Part shown: piece by piece, positions 37,779-47,617 of the stretch | Numbering within the stretch: the first letter of the stretch is position 1 | Layout: each line of letters starts with the position of its first letter | Assembly (NCBI GenBank): GCA_039630415.1 | Contig: JBCNVB010000026.1 | Span: 15,341 to 79,340 of the forward strand | Direction of reading: 5' to 3' | Source of the DNA: a bacterium | GTDB taxonomy: Bacteria; DRYD01 | Length of the DNA: 64,000 bases | The notes under the pieces: model-generated | Seen by the model: the letters and a program-made list of their open reading frames with translations, nothing else | What the model was told of the DNA's origin: nothing | The model's database searches: none | Program-made: the position numbers and the translations under genes

Positions 37779-39543
37779 GATAAGAAATTTTTCGATAATA
37801 GCGCATATAGATCATGGTAAATCAACTTTAGCTGATAGATTTTTGGAAATAACTGGAACGGTTAACAAAGATAAGCTTCAAGAGCAATTTTTAGATCAGA
37901 TGGATTTAGAGAGGGAGAAAGGAATAACGATAAAGTCGCATCCTGTTAGGATGAATTATAATGGGTATATTTTGAACTTGATAGATACGCCTGGGCATGT
38001 AGATTTTTCATATGAGGTTTCGAGGGCTTTGAGATCTTGTGAAGGAGTAATACTGCTTATAGATGTTACGCAGGGAGTACAAGCTCAGACGTTAGCTAAC
38101 TATCTACAGGCTATTAACTTGGGATTAAAAGTAATACCTGTTTTTAACAAAGTTGATTTACAAGGTTATAACGTTGAAATACTCAAAAAGCAAGTAGAAG
38201 ATATTTTGCTTATTCCTTTTGAAGATTTTCATATGGTTAGTGCTAAAACGGGCTATAATGTTCAAAGTTTATTAGATAGGATTATATTGGATATTCCTTG
38301 TCCAGTTGGTAGTATTGATAAACCTTTAAAAGCTATAATCTTTGATGCTGTGTATAATTCATATAAAGGAGTTATTGTTTATGTTAGAGTTTTTGATGGG
38401 AAGATAAGGAAGGGTGATAAGATAAGGTTTTATTCTACTGGTAAGATTTTTGAGGTAGAGGAGGTAGGGGTTTTTGCACCTTTCTACACGCCTAAGGAAT
38501 GCTTGTTTGCTGGTGAGGTAGGTTACTTGTGTGCAGGTATAAAGAATTTAGAGGATACGAAAGTAGGGGACACGGTGTGTTATTCTGATTCGAACATAGA
38601 ACCTGTTGGTGGATTTAGGGAACCAAAGCCAATGGTATTTTGTGGGCTTTATCCTGCGGATGGGGATGATTACTCTCGATTGGAAGATGCTATAATGAAA
38701 CTGAAGCTAAATGATTCTGCCCTTTTTTTTGAAAGAGAAACTTCAGTAGCTTTGGGGTACGGATTTAGGTGTGGGTTTCTAGGATTACTTCATATGCAAA
38801 TAGTTCAGGAAAGGCTTGAAAGACATTTTGGAATAAACGTAATATCCACTACTCCTAATGTAAAGTATAAAGTAGAGTACAGTGGTATTCAGAAGGAGAT
38901 AGAATCACCTGCCTTATGGCCAGAGAATGTTAAAATCGACAGAGTTCTTGAACCATATATAAAGGGTAAAATAATAACTCCTCATGAATATTTATCGGAT
39001 GTATTAAAATTGGTTCAGGATAAGAGAGGGCAAGTAGTACATATGGAAAAGGCTGGTAATTTGTTGATTGTCGATGTCGAAGCTCCATTGTCAGAAATAA
39101 TAGTTGATTTTTTTGATAAACTAAAATCATACACTAAAGGATTTGCTAGTTTTGATTATGAGTTTTTGGATTATAGGGAGTCAGATTTAGTTAAGGTGGA
39201 TATTTTGGTGCATGGGATTAAGGTAGATGCGCTATCATTTATAACACATAGACATAAGGCTTATTATTCTTCTAGAAAGATAGTGCAGAAATTAAGGGAA
39301 AGTATAGGTAGGCAGTTGTTTGAGTTTAAGATTCAGGCTTCTATTGGGGGAAGAGTTATAGCAAGTGAGTCGGTTAAACCTATCAGAAAAGATGTACTTG
39401 CTAAGTGTTATGGAGGAGATGTAACTAGGAAAAAAAAGTTGCTTGAGAAGCAGAAGGAAGGTAAAAAAAGGATGAAAACGATAGGGAAGGTTACTATTCC
39501 TCAAGAAGCTTTCTGGCAAATACTCAGTATTAATGAAGAATGA
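37768..39543 (+). CDS. lepA: Translation elongation factor 4
   Basis: IRNFSIIAHIDHGKSTLADR, DTPGHVDF, GFRCGFLGLLH, KDVLAKCYGGDVTRKKKLLEKQKEGKKRMK. Confidence 0.98.
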   Translation: MIDKIRNFSIIAHIDHGKSTLADRFLEITGTVNKDKLQEQFLDQMDLEREKGITIKSHPVRMNYNGYILNLIDTPGHVDFSYEVSRALRSCEGVILLIDVTQGVQAQTLANYLQAINLGLKVIPVFNKVDLQGYNVEILKKQVEDILLIPFEDFHMVSAKTGYNVQSLLDRIILDIPCPVGSIDKPLKAIIFDAVYNSYKGVIVYVRVFDGKIRKGDKIRFYSTGKIFEVEEVGVFAPFYTPKECLFAGEVGYLCAGIKNLEDTKVGDTVCYSDSNIEPVGGFREPKPMVFCGLYPADGDDYSRLEDAIMKLKLNDSALFFERETSVALGYGFRCGFLGLLHMQIVQERLERHFGINVISTTPNVKYKVEYSGIQKEIESPALWPENVKIDRVLEPYIKGKIITPHEYLSDVLKLVQDKRGQVVHMEKAGNLLIVDVEAPLSEIIVDFFDKLKSYTKGFASFDYEFLDYRESDLVKVDILVHGIKVDALSFITHRHKAYYSSRKIVQKLRESIGRQLFEFKIQASIGGRVIASESVKPIRKDVLAKCYGGDVTRKKKLLEKQKEGKKRMKTIGKVTIPQEAFWQILSINEE

Positions 39544-40229
39544 TGATATATAAAGTTTTTGCTTTTTGTTGTTTAATAATTAGTTTTATGATTTCGATTG
39601 TTTTGTGGAACTTAAATTACTTAGGTTTGAAGTCGCAGTATGAGCAGGATATGAAATTTTATGATATTTTGGTTACTAGCCTGGGTAATGTAAGATACAC
39701 ATTAGCTGCGTATTTATGGATAAGAACTGAGTTTTACATTCATTACTCAGGTCATATAGCTATAAATCAGCTTCCGGAGATAGTTTACTACACTAGGTTT
39801 ATAACAATATTAGATCCCAATTTTGTTGAAGCTTACGATTTTGGGACTTATCAGCTAGCTTTTTTCCTTGACAAACCACGAGAAGGATTAGATTTCTTAA
39901 AAGAGGGAATAAAAAATAATCCTGACTATTGGAAATTGTATTATACCGCAGGTTTGATATACTCTCAAAAGTTTAGAGATTATAAGAAAGCTATGGATAA
40001 TTTTCTAAAGGCGGAGGAACTGATCTTTTCTCCTATTACTCAGAAAAAATACTCAGATTACAAGATAGATCCGATGGAGTATGGACGTTTATATAGATTT
40101 ATATCGAAGTGTTTTTATGAGCAAAGGGAATACAGTAAAGCTCTTGAATATTATAATAAAAGCCTAAACTACATTAATGTAAAAAGCAATCTTTACTATG
40201 AAATATTACGACAGCTATATGGGAGGTAA
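39540..40229 (+). CDS. Membrane-anchored TPR-like protein
   Basis: N-terminal hydrophobic helix; ITILDPNFVEAY, FLKEGIKNNPDYWKLY..AG, and ALEYYNKSL TPR-like helices. Confidence 0.65.
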   Translation: MMIYKVFAFCCLIISFMISIVLWNLNYLGLKSQYEQDMKFYDILVTSLGNVRYTLAAYLWIRTEFYIHYSGHIAINQLPEIVYYTRFITILDPNFVEAYDFGTYQLAFFLDKPREGLDFLKEGIKNNPDYWKLYYTAGLIYSQKFRDYKKAMDNFLKAEELIFSPITQKKYSDYKIDPMEYGRLYRFISKCFYEQREYSKALEYYNKSLNYINVKSNLYYEILRQLYGR

Positions 40230-40231
40230 AA

Positions 40232-40951
40232 ATGGATTTATTTGTTAAGTTTTTCAAGGATTTGCTAAATTACCTTAATGGGTACACGAATGACTATGGG
40301 TGGGCGTTGATATTATTGGGTGTTGTAACAAAAATTATAATACTACCATTGTATGTAAAGCAAACTAAAATTATGTATGAAATGCAGGTTAAGATGAAGG
40401 CTATCCAGCCGTATTTATTAAATTTGCAAAAGAAGTATGAAAAGGATCCCAAGACGTTAGTTGAAAAACAAATGCAGTTATATAGAACATTGGGGTTCAA
40501 TCCTTTTCATGGATGTTTTACTTCGCTTTTGTTGAGTTTTATTCAGATTCCAATTCTTTTTGCAGTTTTTTTTGCTGTAAAGGATGAGATTCAAATATTA
40601 CAGAATACATCATTTTTATGGATAAAGTCGTTGGCAAAACCTGATTTTTTGCTTTTTGGATTATATGTTTTGTCGATGTATTTAAGTTTTAAAATTACGC
40701 CATCTAGTTATAGTAATCCTGAGGAGAAAAAAAGTGCAGAAACTATGCAACTTATAATGTTATCCCTTTTTGCTATTATTTTTTATGGTTTTCCATCTGC
40801 TTTTATCCTGTATTGGTTTTCTTTTAACGTAGTGGGTATTATATCTGGGTGGTTAATATATAGGCTAATTAAGGTAGAAGAGGTAGATAAGCAAAAACTG
40901 AAGGAATTTGAGGAAGAATCTTCAGAAAAACAGTTGGAGAAGGTCACTTAA
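40232..40951 (+). CDS. yidC: Membrane protein insertase YidC/Oxa1 (short form)
   Basis: YGWALI, ILPL, MKAIQP, NPFHGC, IQIPILFA, SFLWI.SLAKPD, PSAFILYW. Confidence 0.9.
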   Translation: MDLFVKFFKDLLNYLNGYTNDYGWALILLGVVTKIIILPLYVKQTKIMYEMQVKMKAIQPYLLNLQKKYEKDPKTLVEKQMQLYRTLGFNPFHGCFTSLLLSFIQIPILFAVFFAVKDEIQILQNTSFLWIKSLAKPDFLLFGLYVLSMYLSFKITPSSYSNPEEKKSAETMQLIMLSLFAIIFYGFPSAFILYWFSFNVVGIISGWLIYRLIKVEEVDKQKLKEFEEESSEKQLEKVT

Positions 40952-41003
40952 TAAGCCCTAATTAAAAGACCATTATAGCTACTAATATTTGGGGAGGTAA
41001 GTT

Positions 41004-41747
41004 ATGCAGGAATTTGGTGGAAAAACGTATGAAGAAGCTATTAAAAAGGCAGTGGATTACTTTAAACTTCCTGAAAGTGAATTAATCATAGAAAAAATAT
41101 CGGATAATCCCAAAAGTGTACTTGATATATTGAGGGAGAAACAGACGGGTCAGGTATATATAAGGGTGAGGCCAAAGGAATTAGGCGAGCATGAAAAACA
41201 TGAAATAGAGTATTTTGAATCATACAAGTCTGAAGTGAAGTCTGAGCCTGATAAGGAAACGTTGGTTCCTGATTATGTTCAGAAGTCTTTAGAAGTTATT
41301 CGTAAAATTGCTGAGCTTTTGGAAGCTGAAGTTCAAATTACCTTTGAAAATAGATCTGGTGAGTATATAATTCGTATAGATGGTAAGGATAAGGGCATGT
41401 TAATAGGAAAGCATGGGAATACTCTTAACTCTATACAAAATTACATAAATTTTATCATAAACAGGAATCTTTCAAAGGATCAGAGGAGATATGTAATAGT
41501 GGATAGTGATAATTATAGAGAAAGAAGAAGGAAACATTTAATTGATCTGGCTTTAAAGACGGCTAAAATTGTTCAACAGAAGAAAGAGCCTGTCACTTTA
41601 CCTCCTATGTTAGCTTTTGAAAGGAAGATAATTCATTTAGCTTTAAAGGATAATCAGTATGTTACCACGTATTCTGTTGGGGAGAATCCTTATAAGTCAG
41701 TTGTCATTGCTCCATTATTAGATAGTTCAGAGAATACTTTTGCATAG
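41004..41747 (+). CDS. jag: RNA-binding protein Jag/EloR/KhpB (Jag_N, KH, R3H)
   Basis: GKTYEEAI, LIGKHGNTLNSIQ, DSDNYRERR, ERKIIHLAL, TYSVGENPY. Confidence 0.92.
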   Translation: MQEFGGKTYEEAIKKAVDYFKLPESELIIEKISDNPKSVLDILREKQTGQVYIRVRPKELGEHEKHEIEYFESYKSEVKSEPDKETLVPDYVQKSLEVIRKIAELLEAEVQITFENRSGEYIIRIDGKDKGMLIGKHGNTLNSIQNYINFIINRNLSKDQRRYVIVDSDNYRERRRKHLIDLALKTAKIVQQKKEPVTLPPMLAFERKIIHLALKDNQYVTTYSVGENPYKSVVIAPLLDSSENTFA

Positions 41748-41772
41748 TGTGCATAGAAATTACTTATAGTGT

Positions 41773-43137
41773 ATGAAAAAAAAATCGACTGAGTATATAT
41801 GTGTGGAGTGTGGTTATATTTCAAGAACATGGTTAGGAAGATGTCCCAATTGTCAGAATTGGGATAGTTTTGTTCTTAATTATCCGCAAAATCAATCTGG
41901 ATTGAATGATAAAATAGATCTTGATTTAAAAGATCTTAAACCATTGAAAATAAGTGACATAAGTGGTTCATCATTACAATTGATAAACACTGGTTTTAAT
42001 GAGTTGAATAGGTGTTTAGGTGGTGGGATTTATTCAAATACGATAGTTTTGTTAGCTGGTAATCCGGGTATTGGTAAGTCAACGCTTTGTTTGCAAGTGG
42101 CTCGTAATATTTCTTTGTCTAATAGGGTTTTGTATGTTTGTGCGGAGGAAAACTATGCTAATATAAAAGCTAGATTTGATAGAATATTTAGTAGTTATCC
42201 GGAGAATTTATTTTTATTTGATTCAAGTAATATTTCGTACATTTTGCAAGTAGCTAAAGATTTTGATGTTATTTTTATTGATTCTATTCAAGCTATAAGA
42301 TCTATGGATTTGGGGAGTCCAGTGGGTTCAATATCTCAGGTTAAAAATTGCATAGATAAGATAATTGAATTTTGTAAAGAATACAGGAAAACATTTATTA
42401 TTCTTGCACATGTAACTAAGACGGGATATGTTGCAGGTCCTAAATTTTTAGAACATATGGTTGATGTAGTTTTACTTTTTGATAGTCGGGATGAATATAG
42501 GGTTATAAGGGTTTTGAAAAACAGGTATGGTAGTACTGACGAAGTTGGGGTTTTTACGATGACTGAACAGGGTATAAAAGAAGGGGAGTATTTTCATTTT
42601 GAGAATATCGGCAAAAAACCGGGGTCTATTCTATGTTTTCTCCCTGAAGGAAGTAGATTTATTCCAGTAGAGATACAGACTTTGGTTAATCGCTCATATT
42701 CTGATAAACCTCGCAGGATCATTTGGGGAATTGATAATATCAAGGTAATGGTTATAACATCAATTATTGAGAAGTTTCTAAGGTTTAATTTGTACAAGTA
42801 TGATATTATCATGTCGATAATTGGAGCTTTGAGAGTATTTTCAAATGCTTTGGATTTTTCTATTGCTGTATCTATTATCTCTTCATATTTAGCTTATCCG
42901 GTTGATAAATCTATTTTTATTGGTAACCTTAGTTTATATTCGGATATACATCCAATTTCTAGGGGTAGATTTAGGGTTTGTTTGCTAGAAGCTGCTAAAT
43001 TTGGAATTAATAAAGTTTATTCAAGCTATACTGCTGAAAATGTTCACAAGGATAATCCAGATTTGGAAGATTTTTTAAGAGAGATTGAATTTATTAAGGT
43101 TGATAGTTTAGAAGATTTGGTTAGGATGTGGGGTTAG
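41773..43137 (+). CDS. radA: DNA repair protein RadA/Sms
   Basis: CVECG..WLGRCPNC, GNPGIGKSTL, IDSIQ, HVTK.G.VAGPK.LEHMVD, KNRYG. Confidence 0.93.
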   Translation: MKKKSTEYICVECGYISRTWLGRCPNCQNWDSFVLNYPQNQSGLNDKIDLDLKDLKPLKISDISGSSLQLINTGFNELNRCLGGGIYSNTIVLLAGNPGIGKSTLCLQVARNISLSNRVLYVCAEENYANIKARFDRIFSSYPENLFLFDSSNISYILQVAKDFDVIFIDSIQAIRSMDLGSPVGSISQVKNCIDKIIEFCKEYRKTFIILAHVTKTGYVAGPKFLEHMVDVVLLFDSRDEYRVIRVLKNRYGSTDEVGVFTMTEQGIKEGEYFHFENIGKKPGSILCFLPEGSRFIPVEIQTLVNRSYSDKPRRIIWGIDNIKVMVITSIIEKFLRFNLYKYDIIMSIIGALRVFSNALDFSIAVSIISSYLAYPVDKSIFIGNLSLYSDIHPISRGRFRVCLLEAAKFGINKVYSSYTAENVHKDNPDLEDFLREIEFIKVDSLEDLVRMWG

Positions 43138-43169
43138 AATGAGTTTTTATGAATGTGAGGTGATGAGGG

Positions 43170-44069
43170 ATGAAGTTTCTCAGGGATTTATATAGTCCTG
43201 TTGATTCGAGAATGATAAATGAGAGAGTTGAGGTTTTATCAAAGAGGAGTATAAAAAGAGAGAGTAAGATTTGGGTTTTGAAGTTTATAATTTCTTGTTT
43301 GGACTTAACCACGTTAGAGGGTAAAGATACTAGTGGTAAGTTGAGAGATTTGATAGCGAAAGCTATTAATCCTATGGAGGGTGTTCCGAGTGTAGCTGCT
43401 ATATGTGTTTACCCTAGTTTAGTTAGAGAGGCTAAAGAGATAATTAGTAGGTTTGGGGGGAATGTGAAGGTTGCTACCGTTTCTACGTATTTTCCAAGTG
43501 GGCAAGTTGATTGGCAGGTAAAGCAGGAGGATTTATTGATAGGTCTTAGGGAGGGTGCAGATGAGGTAGATATTGTTATAAATCGTAAGGCTTTTCTAGA
43601 AGGTAAGTATCATGTTGTATATGATGAAATTGCTAGGGCAAAGGAGTTATGTTCAAAATATAATGCCTGTTTGAAGGTTATTCTTGAAACTGGTGAGTTG
43701 CCTACTTATGAGCATATAAGATTAGCTAGCTTACTAGCTATGTTTGCTGGTGCCGATTTTATAAAAACTTCTACTGGAAAAATATCACCTGCTGCAACTC
43801 CACAGGCTTTTCTTGTTATGCTATATGCAATCAGAGATTTTTACTATCTTACGGGTAAGAAAGTTGGAATAAAGCCTGCTGGAGGGATAAGATATTCTAA
43901 AAATGCTATAACCTACACTGTTATTCTCAATGAGACTTTAGGTGATTTATTCCTATCTCCTGAATACTATAGAATAGGAGCAAGCACGTTAATAAATGAT
44001 TTACTAATGCAGTACAAGAAAGAGATTGAAGGTTACTATCAAGCAGATGAGTATTTCTCGCTATCTTAA
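43170..44069 (+). CDS. deoC: Deoxyribose-phosphate aldolase
   Basis: DLTTL, AAICVYP, FPSG, GADEVDIV, LKVILETGEL, ADFIKTSTGK, GIKPAGGIR, RIGAS. Confidence 0.93.
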   Translation: MKFLRDLYSPVDSRMINERVEVLSKRSIKRESKIWVLKFIISCLDLTTLEGKDTSGKLRDLIAKAINPMEGVPSVAAICVYPSLVREAKEIISRFGGNVKVATVSTYFPSGQVDWQVKQEDLLIGLREGADEVDIVINRKAFLEGKYHVVYDEIARAKELCSKYNACLKVILETGELPTYEHIRLASLLAMFAGADFIKTSTGKISPAATPQAFLVMLYAIRDFYYLTGKKVGIKPAGGIRYSKNAITYTVILNETLGDLFLSPEYYRIGASTLINDLLMQYKKEIEGYYQADEYFSLS

Positions 44070-44757
44070 TGGATTAAAAGTAAACTTATGGGACTTATAT
44101 TTCAAAGTTTATAACTTTTTTCTCTTTGATAGTATTTGTAGCTTTTGCAAATCGTTTTGTTTGAATGGAATATGCAATGATTGTTTGAAAATTTTCATAG
44201 ATAGGGCTAGAGTAACGAAGTTACCTTCTCTAGTTTTTGAGAAAACTCTCGGAAAGGTTTATTTTGATAATTTAATCTTTATTTTTAATTATGAAGATTT
44301 TAGAGATTTTATGATTCTTTACAAGTTTGGTGGTAGAATTGATTTTGTAAAGTATTTAAGTTTGTTTTTAAGTTACGACGTTTTTGAAGGATACGATTTG
44401 TATACTTTTGTACCAAATCATGAAGGTTATAGTAATTTTATTTGTGTTCATTATCTTTCAGCAAAATATGGTATTAGATTTGTTAGTTTTTTGGATATAA
44501 ATCCTAAAAATAAAAAGAAGCAACATTTAGTAGAAGATAGGAAAGAGAGGATTTCAAACGTAAGAGATAAATTTTTTGTAAAAGGGGGTATGGATAAACT
44601 GTTGGTTAAGCTCGTAAATGGAAAGGTATTAATTTTTGATGATATTTGCACTACTGGTAGTACAATTAATGAGGTATCTAGGGTTTTGAAGAGGATCAAT
44701 AAGGATTTAAGGATTGATTGTTTAGTTATATGCAAAGCTATGACTAAATTGGGGTAG
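44047..44757 (+). CDS. comF: ComF family protein (zinc ribbon plus PRTase-like domain)
   Basis: CSFC...ICNDC, YKFGG, Q...ERISNV, LIFDDICTTGST. Confidence 0.8.
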   Translation: MSISRYLNGLKVNLWDLYFKVYNFFLFDSICSFCKSFCLNGICNDCLKIFIDRARVTKLPSLVFEKTLGKVYFDNLIFIFNYEDFRDFMILYKFGGRIDFVKYLSLFLSYDVFEGYDLYTFVPNHEGYSNFICVHYLSAKYGIRFVSFLDINPKNKKKQHLVEDRKERISNVRDKFFVKGGMDKLLVKLVNGKVLIFDDICTTGSTINEVSRVLKRINKDLRIDCLVICKAMTKLG

Positions 44758-44763
44758 TAGGGG

Positions 44764-46842
44764 GTGTCGAAGATGTTTGAATTATCTAAGTGGGCTAAAG
44801 AAATTTTGAGATTTGTTTCGATAAAATCGCAGTTTGTATTGGAGGGTAATGTTTATGATATTTATCCTATAGAGGTTTCTCTAGTGGTTTCTAGTGTTGG
44901 TGATAGTCAGGTAGCTAGTTCCACATTGTCTACTGATCAAGGGAATCAGACACATAGTGGGCAAATGCAGTCGGGACAACCGGTATCAGGACATATGGTG
45001 TCAGGGCAGATGCCAAGCGGTCAAATGTCAGGAGTACAAATGTCGGGTATGCAGGGGCAAGTAGCTGTTGTACCACAGGTTAGTTCTTTACAAAACCCTC
45101 AAAAACAAGTCATAATAGTTAAGTTAGTAGATTTTATTGCTTCTCTACTTACAGAGTATGAAAAATATGATTTAATAGTTTCTTTTGAACCTATTTTTGG
45201 TTTTAAATTAGTCAAAGGAAAGGAAGAGGATTTCAAAAAGTTTGTAAAGGAGAATCCAAATAAGGATGGATATGTACCTGCTATTTTGTCTAGAGCTTAT
45301 GAGTGCATAGAAGGAATGGTAAAAACTAATGAAATGCACGTTGCAATAATTTTGAATTTTGCTAGTAGATTGAGGGAGATTGCTGAGAAAGATATCAATG
45401 AATTTTTATACAAGATGTTCAGATTATCTATAAATTCTACTCCTAAGATAGCATCAACAAATACTACTAGACAGCCTAAATACAACGTTGTATTTTTGCT
45501 AGTGGATAAAGAAACTGATTTACCTGCTTGGTATTGTGTGGATAATCATAAGGTTAAGGTGATATCTATTCCTAGACCTGATAATATTGTAAGAAGAACG
45601 ATAATAGAATCGGTACTACCGAGATTGGATGGTTATGAAAGAATAAAGGATGATCATAATAAGAAGGAAGAGATTATTGATTTGTTTATAGATAATACGC
45701 ATAAGATGTTTGGTTCAGAGATAGTTGGTATAGCTTCTTTGGCTAAGAAGGAAGGTATAGATGTAAATGATATAGCTGAGGCGGTGAGAAGATATAGGGT
45801 AGGTGTAAAAGATAATCCATGGAATAAGTTGAATTGGAATGATATAATAAATGCTGAGGAGATACTAAAGAGAAGAGTAAAAGGCCAGGATAAGGCTATA
45901 AGGAAAGCTTGTGAAATCATAAGAAGGTCTTTTTTTGATATATCTGGTTCTCAGTTTGGTATAGGTTCATCTAGGCCTAAGGGAGTTATGTTTTTTGCTG
46001 GTCCTACGGGTGTGGGTAAAACAGAGCTTGCTAAAGCTATTACGGAGTTAGTTTTCGGTAATCAAAGTAGCTATATAAGGTTTGACATGTCGGAGTATTC
46101 TAAAGAGCATACTGATCAGAGGTTAATAGGTGCTCCACCGGGGTATGTTGGTTATGATGCGGGTGGTCAGCTTACTAATGCTATAAAGCAGAACCCATTT
46201 TCTATCGTTTTGTTTGATGAGATAGAAAAGGCGCATCCTAGGATATTGGATATTTTCCTGCAGATCTTGGATGAAGGTAGACTTACATCGGGTAGGGGAG
46301 AAACTGTATACTTTACTGAGTGTATCATTATCTTTACTTCAAATCTAGGAATTTATGATATGGATGCTAGTGGTAATAAAATTATTCGTGTGTCACCTGA
46401 AATGCCGTATGAGCAAGTGGAGCATGAGATAAGGAATTTCATTCAGGATTACTTTAAGTTTAGGATAAATAGACCAGAGATACTTAATAGGATAGGGGAG
46501 AACATAATAGTTTTTGATTTTATTCGTCCTGAATCTGCAAAACTGATTTTTGAGAAGATGATAAATAACGTGAAACATAGGCTTTATGATACGAGAAAGT
46601 TGAGGATAGAAATTTCGCCTGAGGTTTATGAATTTGTTCAAAATTATTGTACTAAGGATTTGACTATGGGTGGTAGGGGTATTGGAAATAAGATTGAAGA
46701 GATTCTTGTTAATCCTCTGTCTACTCTTCTTTTTAAGCTTAATCCAAGAGAAGGACAGGTTGTTGAAGTATATAATATCTATCAAACCAAGTTAGGGTGG
46801 GAACTTGAGGGTAAAATAAAGGATGTTGTTGCAACTATATAG
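44764..46842 (+). CDS. ClpA/B-like AAA+ ATPase with a single intact (D2-type) module
   Basis: VKGQDKA, FAGPTGVGKTELAK, RFDMSEY, RLIGAPPGYVGY, LFDEIEKAHP, FTSNLG, RPEILNRI. Confidence 0.85.
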   Translation: MSKMFELSKWAKEILRFVSIKSQFVLEGNVYDIYPIEVSLVVSSVGDSQVASSTLSTDQGNQTHSGQMQSGQPVSGHMVSGQMPSGQMSGVQMSGMQGQVAVVPQVSSLQNPQKQVIIVKLVDFIASLLTEYEKYDLIVSFEPIFGFKLVKGKEEDFKKFVKENPNKDGYVPAILSRAYECIEGMVKTNEMHVAIILNFASRLREIAEKDINEFLYKMFRLSINSTPKIASTNTTRQPKYNVVFLLVDKETDLPAWYCVDNHKVKVISIPRPDNIVRRTIIESVLPRLDGYERIKDDHNKKEEIIDLFIDNTHKMFGSEIVGIASLAKKEGIDVNDIAEAVRRYRVGVKDNPWNKLNWNDIINAEEILKRRVKGQDKAIRKACEIIRRSFFDISGSQFGIGSSRPKGVMFFAGPTGVGKTELAKAITELVFGNQSSYIRFDMSEYSKEHTDQRLIGAPPGYVGYDAGGQLTNAIKQNPFSIVLFDEIEKAHPRILDIFLQILDEGRLTSGRGETVYFTECIIIFTSNLGIYDMDASGNKIIRVSPEMPYEQVEHEIRNFIQDYFKFRINRPEILNRIGENIIVFDFIRPESAKLIFEKMINNVKHRLYDTRKLRIEISPEVYEFVQNYCTKDLTMGGRGIGNKIEEILVNPLSTLLFKLNPREGQVVEVYNIYQTKLGWELEGKIKDVVATI
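44956..45060 (+). repeat. Degenerate SGQM-type pentapeptide repeat inside the AAA ATPase
   Basis: Encodes SGQMQ-SGQPV-SGHMV-SGQMP-SGQM-SGVQM-SGMQGQ with varied synonymous codons. Confidence 0.8.
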
Positions 46843-47617
46843 ATTGGTGGTTTTATTGCTTTTTTTAGTATTTATAAATTTATTATGTTTAGCAAATGAT
46901 AGTAGAATAGAGGGTTCTTTTTATTATAATCAGTTTAATCCTTCTAGTGTATATGGTAATAATAAAGTTTATAGTTTGAAGTATTATAAAAGGATCAATG
47001 AATATCAAACTAATTTTTTGGAATATTACCATAATGATGGCTATAATGAAAGGACATCTTCTTTATTAGTCTGGGGAATGTATAAGGATTGGAATGAGAA
47101 TTTATATACTTACTCTACAATTTCAGCTGGTACAAAAAGTGATATTATACCTAAATTTAGAATTCATAATGAATTTAACTATAAGTTAGGGAAAAACAAA
47201 AACTTTGTGCTTACGCTTGGTTTGTCCTACACGAAATACCACAATAATTATGAGGACTTTAGTTTTATATATGGGTTTTCTTTCTATTTTAGTGGTGGTG
47301 TTTTTACCTATAAGAGATTTAGCAGTAATATTAATCCTGGAAGTACAAATCCGAGTACAAATCTTCTAAGTTTAGGATTAGGTAATGAGAAAAAGATGTG
47401 GTTGTATTTGGATTATAGCTTTGGTAATCAATCATATTTGATTAGTAATGTGTATTCATTACCCTTTATATTTGATGAGGATTTTCGTTTCTATAAAATA
47501 AGTTACAGAACTTGGATGCGTAATAATCTTGGATTAATTCTTGAGTATGATTATTTAGATCTAAAAAATTCATATATCAAGAATGGTATTATGATAGGTT
47601 TGTTCTATGAGTTATGA
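46823..47617 (+). CDS. YaiO-family outer-membrane beta-barrel protein
   Basis: Signal peptide, alternating aromatic beta-strands, YKDWNENLYTYS.ISAG...IPK pattern, amphipathic C-terminal strand. Confidence 0.65.
   Translation: MLLQLYRLVVLLLFLVFINLLCLANDSRIEGSFYYNQFNPSSVYGNNKVYSLKYYKRINEYQTNFLEYYHNDGYNERTSSLLVWGMYKDWNENLYTYSTISAGTKSDIIPKFRIHNEFNYKLGKNKNFVLTLGLSYTKYHNNYEDFSFIYGFSFYFSGGVFTYKRFSSNINPGSTNPSTNLLSLGLGNEKKMWLYLDYSFGNQSYLISNVYSLPFIFDEDFRFYKISYRTWMRNNLGLILEYDYLDLKNSYIKNGIMIGLFYEL

Noticed and set aside
44956-45060. Repeat region considered as a CRISPR array or VNTR
   Set aside because: No identical DNA repeats or spacers; similarity is at the peptide level within a CDS.
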